From assembly GCA_902800055.1 (NCBI GenBank), contig CADCCW010000007.1, forward strand, positions 3,788-67,787: a stretch of DNA of 64,000 bases, written 5' to 3'. This document shows positions 52,782 to 61,675 of this stretch, piece by piece. Source of the stretch: an uncultured bacterium (GTDB lineage Bacteria > Verrucomicrobiota > Kiritimatiellia > RFP12 > UBA1067). A program made the position numbers and the translations under genes. Position 1 is the stretch's first letter. Every line of letters starts with the position of its first letter. The notes beneath the pieces were generated by a model that ran no database searches, was not told where the DNA came from, and worked only from the letters and a program-made list of their open reading frames with translations.

Positions 52782-52790
52782 TGGTATAAT
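52782..52790 (+). promoter_or_regulatory. extended -10 promoter (TGGTATAAT), leaderless
   Basis: The hexamer ends 6 nt before ATG 52797. Confidence 0.6.
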
Positions 52791-52796
52791 ACGCGC

Positions 52797-53672
52797 ATGG
52801 CAAAGGGAATATTTTCCGCGGCGGTTGCGGCGGCGATCTGCTGCGTTGTTGCCGTGGGCTGCAGGACGCGCGCGCCGCTGATGGTCGCGCACCGCGGCGC
52901 CGGCGACCTGGAGATGCCGGAGGCGTCGCTTGCGGCGTACTCGAACGCCGTGGCGACGGCATGCGACATCGTAAAGCTCGACCTGTTGGAGACGAAGGAC
53001 GGCGTCGCGGTCATGGGGCACGACGTGGACCTGTATCGGGCGATGAAATGGGGCGCCCGCGTATGCGACGTGACCTACGACGAAATCGTCGCCCGCGGCT
53101 TTCTCGTCCCGGTCGGCGGCTATGCGCACGAGCGGATCGTGCGGCTGGACGAGGCGCTGGCCGTCGTCAAGGACATTCCGCAGTTCTGGATCGACTTCAA
53201 GCGGTTCTCGCCCAAGTTCGCCGAGAATGTCATCGCTACCTTCAGGCAGGCCGGCATCGACGAATCGCGGCTGATGGTCGCCACGTTTTCCGAGGCGGCG
53301 CTCGCCTATATGCGCGAGCACCACCCCGCGATCCGCCGCGTTGGACACGTCGGCATCTGGCAGGACGAGGAGCGTGGCCTTTGGCACAGCACCGTCGGCG
53401 GCTCTTCGCGCACCAGGGAGGAGCAGATCGAGGCGGTGGTCGGCTGGCGCGACCGCTTTGGGCTCTTCGGCGTGAACATGCGCGTCCTCTACGGCATCAC
53501 GACGCCGGCGGACGTTGCCTACCTGCAGCGGCAGGGACTTTGGGTGTCGCTCTGGTTTGTCCAGAGCGCCGAGATGGCGGCCGAGTACCGGGACGCCGGT
53601 GCGGACGCCTTTGTGACCGACCATGTCTCCGAGGCGCGGCGCGGGCTTGGGATTCCGCCTCCGTCCAGGTGA
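52797..53672 (+). CDS. glycerophosphodiester phosphodiesterase family lipoprotein
   Basis: Lipobox VAVGC. MVAHRGAGDLEMPEASLAAYSNAV (HR..G..PEN-like GDPD motif). GADAFVTD near the C-terminus. Confidence 0.8.
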   Translation: MAKGIFSAAVAAAICCVVAVGCRTRAPLMVAHRGAGDLEMPEASLAAYSNAVATACDIVKLDLLETKDGVAVMGHDVDLYRAMKWGARVCDVTYDEIVARGFLVPVGGYAHERIVRLDEALAVVKDIPQFWIDFKRFSPKFAENVIATFRQAGIDESRLMVATFSEAALAYMREHHPAIRRVGHVGIWQDEERGLWHSTVGGSSRTREEQIEAVVGWRDRFGLFGVNMRVLYGITTPADVAYLQRQGLWVSLWFVQSAEMAAEYRDAGADAFVTDHVSEARRGLGIPPPSR

Positions 53673-53688
53673 AAGGAATGACGTGCTG

Positions 53689-54828
53689 ATGGACAATCCT
53701 GCAGCGGCAAAGAAGAGGCGGCTCGTCTCGCTCGACATCCTGAGGGGCGCGGACATGTTCCTCCTCACGGTAATCGGGCCGTTCGTGTGGGCGCTCGACA
53801 AGTCGTTTGGGCTGCCGAAGGGCGTTCTGGCGCAGTTCGACCACGCCTGGGGCGGATTTACGCTGTGGGACATCATCATGCCGCTCTTCATCTTCATGAG
53901 CGGCGCGGCGGTTCCATTCGCGATGAAGGGGCGGCTCGACAACGGCCATGCGCGCTGGCGCTACTGGCGGCACGTCCTTTCGCGCTTCGCCGTCCTCTGG
54001 ATCCTCGGCATGGTCGCGCAGGGACGGCTCCTGACGCTCGACGCGAACCTGATCAGCCCGTTCGACAACACGCTCCAGTCGATCGCCGTCGGCTACCTCG
54101 CGTGCGCGCTTGTATACCGCATCCCGTCGCGCGCCGTGCGCTTTGCGGTCCCGGCCGCGCTTGCCATCTTCTATACGCTCGTCCTCGCGTTCCTCGGCGA
54201 CTACTCGAAGGACGGCAACGCCGCCGCGCTCTTCGAGAACTGGTTCGTGCCGTTCACCGTCCCGGCGACTTCGCGCGTCCTCGAGCTGGCCGATCCCGGC
54301 TACACCTGGTGGGCGACGATTCCGATGTTCGCCGCGATGGGGCTCGCGGGAATGTGCGCGACGGAGATCCTCACGGACGCCGCCCTCGCGCCGACCCGCC
54401 GCGCGGCGCGCCTCGGCGCCGTCGGCGCGGCGCTGCTGGCGCTGGGCTGGGCGCTCGTGCCGGTGATACCGCCGATCAAGCACATCTACACGCTTTCCTT
54501 CACCGCGCAGGCGATGGGCTGGAGCTGCCTCTCGCTCGCGGCGCTCTATGCGCTCTTCGACATCCGCCTTGCCGATTCGGCGGCGGCGGGAAGGGCGACT
54601 GCGCTGCTCGTCCTCTTCGGCCGCACCTCGCTGCTTGCCTATCTCTGCGCAGACGTGTTCACACCCGTGTTCACGGCGTTTGGCCGGATGTTCTCGCCGG
54701 GATTCGCCCACCTCTTCGGCGGATGGGCGGGCCCGCTCGCCGCCTGGCTTGCGTCTACCCTGCTGCTCGTCGCAGTCCTGAAGACCCGCTACGATGCGCT
54801 GCGTTCGCGTCGTGAGTTGCGATCGTAG
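53689..54828 (+). CDS. DUF5009/DUF1624 acyltransferase-3-like membrane protein (HGSNAT-like)
   Basis: KRRLVSLDILRGADMFLL N-terminal motif and about 10 TM helices. ATG 53689 follows AAAGGAA. Confidence 0.75.
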   Translation: MDNPAAAKKRRLVSLDILRGADMFLLTVIGPFVWALDKSFGLPKGVLAQFDHAWGGFTLWDIIMPLFIFMSGAAVPFAMKGRLDNGHARWRYWRHVLSRFAVLWILGMVAQGRLLTLDANLISPFDNTLQSIAVGYLACALVYRIPSRAVRFAVPAALAIFYTLVLAFLGDYSKDGNAAALFENWFVPFTVPATSRVLELADPGYTWWATIPMFAAMGLAGMCATEILTDAALAPTRRAARLGAVGAALLALGWALVPVIPPIKHIYTLSFTAQAMGWSCLSLAALYALFDIRLADSAAAGRATALLVLFGRTSLLAYLCADVFTPVFTAFGRMFSPGFAHLFGGWAGPLAAWLASTLLLVAVLKTRYDALRSRRELRS

Positions 54829-54978
54829 CGACCTCTGGAAGCGCCTGCTGCGCAAGACGGGCGTCCAGCCTTACGAAGAGGACGCCGCGGTAGTGGAGGT
54901 CTTGGCGGATGCGCCGGCGGAGCTGTCGCACCTTGACCTCCAGGTCCGCCAAGACGTGAGATAATTGCCGGTGCTGGC

Positions 54979-57078
54979 TTAGCCGAGCAACTCCAGGAGG
55001 CGCTTTTCGTCGATTACCTCGGTGCCGAGCGCGTGCGCCTTGGCGGTCTTGGTGGCGCCGGTGTTCTCGCCGGCGATGAGGTAGCGGGTCTTCGAGGTGA
55101 CGGCGCTTTGGACGATTCCGCCCGCCGCCTCGATGAGCTTGGCGTACTCGCCGCGCGGGCGCGAAAGGGTGCCGGTGAGGACACAGCCCATGCCGGCGAG
55201 CGGCCCCGTGGTCTTCGCCGGCGCCGTCTTTTCCGACACCGGGTCGATCCCGAGCGCGGCCATCCGCTCGGCAAACCGACGGCCGTAGTCGCTCTCGAAG
55301 AACGCGAGCACCGCCTTGGCGGCCTCGACCTTGATCGGCAGAATCAGGTGCTCCTTGCCTTTCTTCGCGTCGTTCTCGACGACGTTCTTGAGGACCGCGC
55401 TCCCGGCGAGTTCGCTGAACCTTTCGTGCTCCGCGGCGATGTCCTTCGCTACCGTCACTCCGACGTTGGGGATGCCGATTGCGAAGAGCCAACGGTGGAG
55501 CGGCAGCGTTCGCGCCTCACCGATCGCCTTTATGAGGTATTGCGCGTTGCGGCCGAACTTGCGGGTGGGGCGCGAGAATCCTGGCAGCAGCTCCGCCGTA
55601 TCGCCGGCGGGTTCGTCCGCGCCCTCGGCGAGGTCGAGGCTCTCGAGCGCCGCGGGGTCGAGCGAGAAGAGGTCGAGGAGGTCCTTCACCATCCCCGACG
55701 AGACGAGCGCGTCCGCCACCTTCTCGCCGAGCGCCTTGAGGTCGAGCGCGTTGCGCGAGGCGAAGTGCTCGAGCCGACGCCGCAGCTGTGCGCCGCAGGC
55801 CGGGTTCACGCAGCGGACGGCCACCTCGCCATCGGCGCGCTTCGTCTCGCCGCCGCAGACCGGGCACTTCGCCGGCATCTCGAACTTCCGCTCCGCGCCG
55901 GTGCGCTTCTCGACGATGACCGAGTCGACCGCGGGGATGACGTCCCCGGCCTTGACGATCCAGACGTGGTCGCCGATGCGGATGTCCTGGCGCGCGATCT
56001 GGTCCTCGTTGTGCAGGGTGGCGCGGGCGATGGTGGAGCCGGCGAGCTCCACCGGCCTGAGCTCCGCGACCGGGGTGAGGATGCCGGTGCGGCCGACCTG
56101 GACGGTGATGGACTCGACCACCGTCTCGGCGCGTTCGGGCGCGTACTTGTAGGCGCGGGCCCAGCGCGGGCCGTGCGCGGTGGCGCCGAGGACGGGATAG
56201 AGCGCGCGTTCGTCGATCTTCACCACCGCGCCGTCGATCTCGAACGGGAAGTCGTGGCGCCGCTCCTGCAGCTCGTCGATGGCGGCGAACACCTCCTCGA
56301 TCGTCTTCGCCCGGCGCGACCACGGCGCGGTCGGGAAGCCCCAGCCGCGGAAGGCGGCGATCATCTCCGAATGGCTGGCGAAGTCGTCGCACCCCGCCCC
56401 GCCCGAGTTGTAGACCACGAGGTCGAGCGGACGCGAGGCGGTCACGCGCGCGTCGAGCTGCTTGAGCGATCCGGCGCAGGCGTTGCGCGGGTTCGCGAAC
56501 TCCTCCAGGCCTGCCGCGGCCTGGCGCTCGTTCAGCTCCAGGAAGCCGCTGCGCGTCATGTACGCCTCGCCGCGCACCTCCAGGACGCGCGGCGCGGACG
56601 CGGGCAGCTCGCGCGGCACCGCGGCGATGGCGAGCGCGTTGGCGGTGATGTCGTCCCCGATAGTCCCGTTGCCGCGCGTCGCGGCGCGGACGAGCCGTCC
56701 GTCCTCGTAGCGGAGCGAAATCGAGACGCCGTCCACCTTCGGCTCGACGACGTAGGTGAAGTCCGTGACCGTCTTGCGCACGAAGGCGTCGAACTCGGCG
56801 AGCTCGTCCTTGGCGTGGGTCTTGTCCAGCGACTGCATCGGTGGATCGTGGCGCACCTTGGCGAAGCCGTCGGAGACGCCGCCGGCGACGTTGCGGACCG
56901 GAGAGGAGGCGTCGGCGAGGGAAGGGAACTCGCCCTCGATCCTGAGGAGCTCCGCCTCCCAGAGGTCGTAGTCGCGGTCGCCTACGGTCGGCGCGGCGAG
57001 GTCGTAGTAGTCGTGGTTCGCCTTTTCGATCAGGCGGCGCAGCTCGGCGGCGCGCGCGGAGGCTTCCTGAAGGTTCAT
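54979..57078 (-). CDS. ligA: NAD-dependent DNA ligase
   Basis: Adenylation site VEPKVDGVSISL, Zn finger CPVCGGE...C..PAC, HhH region and C-terminal BRCT. 699 aa. Confidence 0.95.
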   Translation of the reverse strand: MNLQEASARAAELRRLIEKANHDYYDLAAPTVGDRDYDLWEAELLRIEGEFPSLADASSPVRNVAGGVSDGFAKVRHDPPMQSLDKTHAKDELAEFDAFVRKTVTDFTYVVEPKVDGVSISLRYEDGRLVRAATRGNGTIGDDITANALAIAAVPRELPASAPRVLEVRGEAYMTRSGFLELNERQAAAGLEEFANPRNACAGSLKQLDARVTASRPLDLVVYNSGGAGCDDFASHSEMIAAFRGWGFPTAPWSRRAKTIEEVFAAIDELQERRHDFPFEIDGAVVKIDERALYPVLGATAHGPRWARAYKYAPERAETVVESITVQVGRTGILTPVAELRPVELAGSTIARATLHNEDQIARQDIRIGDHVWIVKAGDVIPAVDSVIVEKRTGAERKFEMPAKCPVCGGETKRADGEVAVRCVNPACGAQLRRRLEHFASRNALDLKALGEKVADALVSSGMVKDLLDLFSLDPAALESLDLAEGADEPAGDTAELLPGFSRPTRKFGRNAQYLIKAIGEARTLPLHRWLFAIGIPNVGVTVAKDIAAEHERFSELAGSAVLKNVVENDAKKGKEHLILPIKVEAAKAVLAFFESDYGRRFAERMAALGIDPVSEKTAPAKTTGPLAGMGCVLTGTLSRPRGEYAKLIEAAGGIVQSAVTSKTRYLIAGENTGATKTAKAHALGTEVIDEKRLLELLG

Positions 57079-57431
57079 CTTTTCTTTCCTCTGCTGGCGC
57101 CGCGGCTTGGCAGCGGGTCGGGGGTGTCGTCGCGCGACCAGGTCTCGAACTGGCGCGGCACGGGGCCGATGGTCTCGGAGACAGCGTGGCGGTCCGAGAC
57201 GAGGATCGGGCGGGTGTAGCCGTTCTTGGCGAGGCAGGCCATCAGGAAGTTCGGCTCGGGGGAGTGCCTGAGGCGCGGGTCGACGCGGATGTGGATGGTC
57301 TGGCTGCGGGGGACGCCGTAGTCGTCGAGGATGCGAGGGACGTCCTGGGGCCGGACGCGGCGGTCGGCGAAGTAGACGCCTTCGGGGGCGACGGTGACGA
57401 CGGGGTGGTGCACGTCGAGGCGAGCATGCAC
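57075..57431 (-). CDS. hypothetical protein translationally coupled to ligA (start uncertain)
   Basis: Stop overlaps the ligA ATG (ATGA). Candidate GTG starts are at 57431 or 57413. VVTVAPEGVYFADRRVRPQDVPRILDD...IHIRVDPRLRHSPEPNFLMACLAKNGYTRPILV weakly recalls an ExbD/TolR periplasmic domain, but no TM helix is present. Confidence 0.4.
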   Translation of the reverse strand: MHARLDVHHPVVTVAPEGVYFADRRVRPQDVPRILDDYGVPRSQTIHIRVDPRLRHSPEPNFLMACLAKNGYTRPILVSDRHAVSETIGPVPRQFETWSRDDTPDPLPSRGASRGKKR

Positions 57432-57730
57432 ATGTAGAAGACCGTGCCGGCGAGGATCGACAGGAGCGGATTCCGCCGCCAGAGCTGGAAGGCGACGGTG
57501 AGGACGCCGGCGAGGTACGGCCAGGCGGTGCGCCATTCGAGTCCGGAGTAGGAGTAGACGATCAGCGCGGCGATGATGACCGGCGAGGCGAAGTCGCCGA
57601 ACCGCTCCGCCCACTTCGGCGCGGTGCGCCCGCCGGCCGCGAAGAGCGCGAAGGGGACGAGCCGGAGGGAGAAGGTCACCGCCCAGCCGACCGCGATCAC
57701 CGCGAGCATCCTGGCGGCTTCACTTTCCAT
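57242..57730 (-). CDS. azlD: AzlD-like branched-chain amino acid exporter small subunit with anomalous 3' extension
   Basis: The first ~104 aa are AzlD-like (LAVIAVGWAVTFSLRLVPFALF...SILAGTVFYMCMLA). The last ~58 aa are Ser/Thr/Pro/Ala low complexity and overlap the downstream ORF out of frame. Confidence 0.6.
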   Translation of the reverse strand: MESEAARMLAVIAVGWAVTFSLRLVPFALFAAGGRTAPKWAERFGDFASPVIIAALIVYSYSGLEWRTAWPYLAGVLTVAFQLWRRNPLLSILAGTVFYMCMLASTCTTPSSPSPPKASTSPTAASGPRTSLASSTTTASPAARPSTSASTRASGTPPSRTS

Positions 57731-58340
57731 TGGCTTTCCTTTCCTTCGCCCTGGCGGCGAAATCCACGACCTGGTCGGTCAGGATGACGATGAAGAGCGC
57801 CACCATCGCGAACTCGATGCCCTTCGAGGGAATCGGCAGCGCCGCGCCGGCGAGCGCGCCCGAGGTTGTGCCGACGATCCAGTAGGAGACGTTGAGCGCG
57901 TGGTTCCAGAGGCAGTAGAGGCGGTGCTTGAGCGGGTCGGTCTCGCGGCAGGCGAGGTCGAGGGCGTAGATCTCGTCCGCCAGCGAATGGACAAGGAACC
58001 ACTTCTGGAGGCGCGGGATGCCGCGCCAGCGCCCGAGCATCGAGAAGCCGTAGAAGGCGTAGCGGAAGTTGATGCCGAGCGTGAGCGCCGCCACCGCGGC
58101 GAGCGAGGCGCCGTCGGCCACGAGCGGCACGATGGCGAATGAGAGCGTGCCCGAGACGGTGCTGGCGGCGAGCAGGGCGGACCACGCCGCCGGATGGACA
58201 AGACCGCCCTTGACCGCCATCAGCACCCCGGCCGCGAAGCCCATGGTGACGTAGCCCATCAGCACCGGCAGCGAGGCGACGAACGCCGCTCGGCGGATGC
58301 GGCGGCGCTCGGCGGCGGGGATGGCGGCAAACTCACGCAT
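57720..58340 (-). CDS. azlC: AzlC family branched-chain amino acid exporter subunit
   Basis: ATG 58340 gives MREFAAIP...LPVLMGYVTMGFAAGVLM...LTLGINFRYAFYG. The ORF-track start at 58556 is read-through inside kdsB. Confidence 0.8.
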   Translation of the reverse strand: MREFAAIPAAERRRIRRAAFVASLPVLMGYVTMGFAAGVLMAVKGGLVHPAAWSALLAASTVSGTLSFAIVPLVADGASLAAVAALTLGINFRYAFYGFSMLGRWRGIPRLQKWFLVHSLADEIYALDLACRETDPLKHRLYCLWNHALNVSYWIVGTTSGALAGAALPIPSKGIEFAMVALFIVILTDQVVDFAARAKERKANGK

Positions 58341-59094
58341 TGCGCGCTTCGAGGAGCTTTCCGACGCGCACCGCGTCCTCGGGCGTGTCGACGCCGACGC
58401 CTTCGTCGCTCGTCTCCACCACCGCGATCTTCGCGCCCATCCAGAGCGCGCGCAGCTGCTCGAGCTTCTCGGTCGACTCGAGCGGGCACGGCGGCTCGGC
58501 GATGTAGCGCTTGAGGAAGCCGCCGCGGTAGGCGTAGATGCCGAGGTGCCGGACAAAGAGCCCGCTCGCGAGGTCGCTTTCGCCGTCGCGGGTGCAGGGG
58601 ATCGGCGAGCGCGAGAAGTAGAGCGCGCCGCCGTCGCGGTCGAGGACGACCTTGACCACCGTCTTCGCGGCGAGGTCTGCCGCGGACTTGATCGGCGTCA
58701 CGGCGGTCGCCATCGACCAGCGCGCGTCGTCCTTCAGCTTCGCGGCGAGGCTTTCGATCAGCTTCGGGTCGATGAGCGGCTCGTCGCCCTGGATGTTGAC
58801 GAGGATGTCGTCGTCGTCGAAGTCTCCGCCGAGGAACGCGCGCGCGGCGCCGGCGATGCGGTCGGTGCCGCTCGGTAGCTCGCTCGGGGTCATCACCGCG
58901 GTGCCGCCGCAGTCCTCGACCGCCTTGACGATGCGCTCGTCGTCGGTCGCGACGAGCACCGCGTCGAGTCCTTTTGCGCGCTTGACCGCGTCGACCACCC
59001 AGGCGACGAGCGGTTTGCCGGCGATGACGGCGAGCGGCTTCCCGGGGAAGCGGCTCGAGCCGTACCGGCTGGGTATGATTCCGTAGGTTTTCAT
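58333..59094 (-). CDS. kdsB: 3-deoxy-manno-octulosonate cytidylyltransferase
   Basis: MKTYGIIPSRYGSSRFPGKPLAVIAGKPLV, NIQGDEPLI. Confidence 0.92.
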   Translation of the reverse strand: MKTYGIIPSRYGSSRFPGKPLAVIAGKPLVAWVVDAVKRAKGLDAVLVATDDERIVKAVEDCGGTAVMTPSELPSGTDRIAGAARAFLGGDFDDDDILVNIQGDEPLIDPKLIESLAAKLKDDARWSMATAVTPIKSAADLAAKTVVKVVLDRDGGALYFSRSPIPCTRDGESDLASGLFVRHLGIYAYRGGFLKRYIAEPPCPLESTEKLEQLRALWMGAKIAVVETSDEGVGVDTPEDAVRVGKLLEARNA

Positions 59095-59102
59095 ATGTGT
59101 GT

Positions 59103-59111
59103 ATTATACCA
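59103..59111 (-). promoter_or_regulatory. extended -10 promoter (TGGTATAAT), leaderless kdsB
   Basis: Minus strand reads GGAGTTTGGTATAATACACACATATG. The hexamer ends 8 nt before ATG 59094. Confidence 0.6.
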
Positions 59112-59128
59112 AACTCCAGGGGCGACGG

Positions 59129-60433
59129 TCACATCTTCGCAGCGAGCTCGCGGATGCGGCGCGAGGTGCGGACGGCGCAGAACTGCTTGCCGCACATCGA
59201 GCAGTGGTCGTCGCCGTGCGCTTCGTCGGTGAACGCGCGCGTCTTCAGCCACCGCGCCTTCGCGCGCTCCGGGTCGAGGCAGAGCTCGAACTGGCGGTCC
59301 CAGTCGAACGCCGCGCGAGCGTCGGACATCGCGTCGTCGCGGTCGCGCGCGCCGGGCAGGTGGCGGGCGACGTCGCCCGCGTGCGCGGCGATCTTGTAGG
59401 CGATGCAGCCCTGGTGCACCTCCTCGGCGTCGGGGAGGCCGAGGTGCTCGGCCGGCGTCACGTAGCAGAGGAGCGACGCGCCGTAGGTGGCCGCGGCGGT
59501 CGCGCCGATCGCCGAGACGATGTGGTCGTAGCCGGGCGCGATGTCGGTGACGACGGGGCCAAGGACGTAGAAGGGGGCTTTCCTGCAGACTTCCTGCTGG
59601 CGCTCCATGTTCATCCGGATCTGGTCGAAGGGGACGTGGCCCGGGCCCTCGACCATCGTCTGCACGCCGCGTGCGCGGCAGCGCTCGACGAGCTCGCCGA
59701 GGACGTCCAGCTCGCCGAACTGCGCGGCGTCGGAGGCGTCGGCGAGGCAGCCGGGGCGGAGCCCGTCGCCGAGCGAGACGGTGACGTCGTGCTCGGCGAG
59801 GATGTCCATCACCTCGTCCCAGTTGGCGTAGAGCGGGTTCTCCGCCTTGTTCTCCATCATCCACTCGGCCATGATCGCGCCGCCGCGCGAGACGATGCCC
59901 ATCTTGCGCTTCATCGCCGCGGGGATGTGCTTTAGGAGGAGCCCGGCGTGCAGGGTCATGAAGTCGACTCCCTGCTCGGCCTGGCGGCGGATGACGCCGA
60001 TGAGGAACTTGGGGTCCATCTTCGGGATGTCGCCGAGGAGCGAAATGGTCTCGTAGATGGGCACGGTGCCGAGCGGCTTCGGCGAGGCGTCGAGCATGCC
60101 CTGGCGGATCGTCGCGATCTCGTCCTCGGACGACGCGACCGAGAGGTCCATCACGAAGTCCGCCCCGGCGTCGAGCGCCACCTTGAGCTTCTCGAGCTCG
60201 TCGCCCTTGCCGGAGTGGGTCACGCTGCGGCCGAGGTTGGCGTTGATCTTGGTGGTGAACATCCGTCCCACGCCGACCGGCATGCAGTTGCGGTGAGCGG
60301 GGTTGAGCGGGATCACCGCCTCGCCGGACGCGACGGCGGCGCGCACCGCCTCGGCGTCGAGTCCCTCGTCCTTGGCTACGCGCTTCATCGCGTCCGTCAC
60401 AATGCCCTTGCGGGCCGCCTCAAGCTGTGTCAT
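59129..60433 (-). CDS. thiC: phosphomethylpyrimidine synthase
   Basis: MTQLEAARKGIVT..., GPGHVP, C-terminal CSMCG...C cluster motif. 434 aa. Confidence 0.95.
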   Translation of the reverse strand: MTQLEAARKGIVTDAMKRVAKDEGLDAEAVRAAVASGEAVIPLNPAHRNCMPVGVGRMFTTKINANLGRSVTHSGKGDELEKLKVALDAGADFVMDLSVASSEDEIATIRQGMLDASPKPLGTVPIYETISLLGDIPKMDPKFLIGVIRRQAEQGVDFMTLHAGLLLKHIPAAMKRKMGIVSRGGAIMAEWMMENKAENPLYANWDEVMDILAEHDVTVSLGDGLRPGCLADASDAAQFGELDVLGELVERCRARGVQTMVEGPGHVPFDQIRMNMERQQEVCRKAPFYVLGPVVTDIAPGYDHIVSAIGATAAATYGASLLCYVTPAEHLGLPDAEEVHQGCIAYKIAAHAGDVARHLPGARDRDDAMSDARAAFDWDRQFELCLDPERAKARWLKTRAFTDEAHGDDHCSMCGKQFCAVRTSRRIRELAAKM

Positions 60434-60450
60434 TTTGCTTTCTCCTTTAA

Positions 60451-60554
60451 CCTTTCAACCTTTCAACTTTTCAACTTTTCAACTTTTCAACCTTTCAACC
60501 TTTCAACTTTTCAACTTTTCAACCTTTCAACCTTTCAACCCTTCAACTTTTCAA
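60451..60554 (-). repeat. 13-unit tandem octamer array (mRNA sense UUGAAARG) filling the thiH-thiC spacer
   Basis: Plus strand has 13 contiguous CYTTTCAA units (one CCCTTCAA) from 60451 to 60554. The array starts immediately after the thiH stop (60555-60557). A degenerate 14th unit merges with the thiC SD (TTAAAGGAGAAAG). Confidence 0.95.
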
Positions 60555-61667
60555 CTATATCCTGTTATCCCAGTTCTTGAAGACGACCTCCTGGCCGTTC
60601 GCCTTGATCGCTTCGTAGACTTCCTTCGGCGCGCGGCGGTCGGTGAGGGTGAACTGGGCGACGTCGGCGGCGTGCTCCTTTTCGAGCACGGCGTAGCCGC
60701 CCGGCGTCACGCGCGAGCCGGCGCTCATGTTGTCCGCCGCCACCTGGACGATGTAGTCGCGGAAGGCCGGCGCCTCGCGGGTCGAGACGGTCATGCAGCA
60801 CTGCGGGAAGCAGATGCGGAAGGCGAGCATCATCAGGTCGACGTCGCGCTCCTCGACTTCGCACGGCGGCACGAACCCGCCCTCGACGCGGCAGAAGCGC
60901 GGGAAGGCGAACTGCACCTTCGACTCGTAGCACTCCTTCATGAGGTACAGCGCGTGCGCCGCGAGGCTCGCCGCCTCCCTGCGCCACGGCGTAAGGCCGA
61001 GCAGGAAGGCGCAGCCGAGGATGCGGAAGCCGGCCCTGCCGGCGCGGAGCTGGGTCCAGAGCCGCCATTCGTAGTTGGACTTCGGCCCGGCCGGGTGGAA
61101 GTACTTGTAGCGTTCCTGGTCGTAGGTCTCCTGGAAGCAGGTGAGGGACTCGAAGCCGGCCTCGAACATCGCGCGGTAGCCTTCCTCGGTCTGCGGCGCG
61201 ACTTCGAGCGAGAGGTTGGAGAACATCGGCTTCAGGAGGCGGGCGACGTCGCAGAAGTGCTCGACCGAGTTGACCTTCGGGTCTTCGCCGGCGACGATGA
61301 GGAGGTTGTCGATGCCGCTTGCGCGGATCGCCTCGGCCTCGACGCGGATCTCGTCCAGGGTAAGGTTGCGCCGCACCGTGCCGGTGTGCTCGCGGCGGAA
61401 GTCGCAGTAGCGGCAGTGGTTGACGCAGGTGTTGCCGATGTAGAGGGGGGCGTAGACGCTGACGGTCTTGCCGTAGTACTTGATCCGCGCGAGGCGGGCC
61501 TTTTTGCGCATCGCGTCCATGAAGGGGTACGCGGCGGGCGAGATGAGGTTCAGGAGGTCGAACCAGTCGTGGCGGTCCTTCGCGAGCGACGCCTCAACCA
61601 TCTCCGGCGTCACCTTGGCGAAGTAGTCGTCGACCTGCTCGGCCGTGTATTTCAGCAGCGGGAACAT
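60555..61667 (-). CDS. thiH: 2-iminoacetate synthase (radical SAM)
   Basis: CVNHCRYCDF radical SAM cluster. Length and context between thiG and thiC fit. Confidence 0.9.
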   Translation of the reverse strand: MFPLLKYTAEQVDDYFAKVTPEMVEASLAKDRHDWFDLLNLISPAAYPFMDAMRKKARLARIKYYGKTVSVYAPLYIGNTCVNHCRYCDFRREHTGTVRRNLTLDEIRVEAEAIRASGIDNLLIVAGEDPKVNSVEHFCDVARLLKPMFSNLSLEVAPQTEEGYRAMFEAGFESLTCFQETYDQERYKYFHPAGPKSNYEWRLWTQLRAGRAGFRILGCAFLLGLTPWRREAASLAAHALYLMKECYESKVQFAFPRFCRVEGGFVPPCEVEERDVDLMMLAFRICFPQCCMTVSTREAPAFRDYIVQVAADNMSAGSRVTPGGYAVLEKEHAADVAQFTLTDRRAPKEVYEAIKANGQEVVFKNWDNRI

Positions 61668-61675
61668 CGGAGATA

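Noticed and set aside
54794-54964. Small 56-aa ORF (MRCVRVVSCDRSDLWKRLLRKTGVQPYEEDAAVVEVLADAPAELSHLDLQVRQDVR*) in the convergent gap between the DUF5009 gene and ligA.
   Set aside because: It overlaps the DUF5009 3' end by 35 nt and has no SD or TGGTATAAT box. The opposite strand is equally open. No family is recognised. It may be a gene fragment, but the evidence is insufficient.
60451-60554. Octamer array considered as a CRISPR array or as coding sequence (ORFs 59948-60580 and 60303-62051 translate it as FNLSTFQ repeats).
   Set aside because: The period is 8 nt with no spacers, far below CRISPR repeat-spacer dimensions, and no cas genes are present. The plus-strand ORFs are antisense to thiC and thiH. 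An 8-nt period cannot keep a reading frame as a true peptide repeat.
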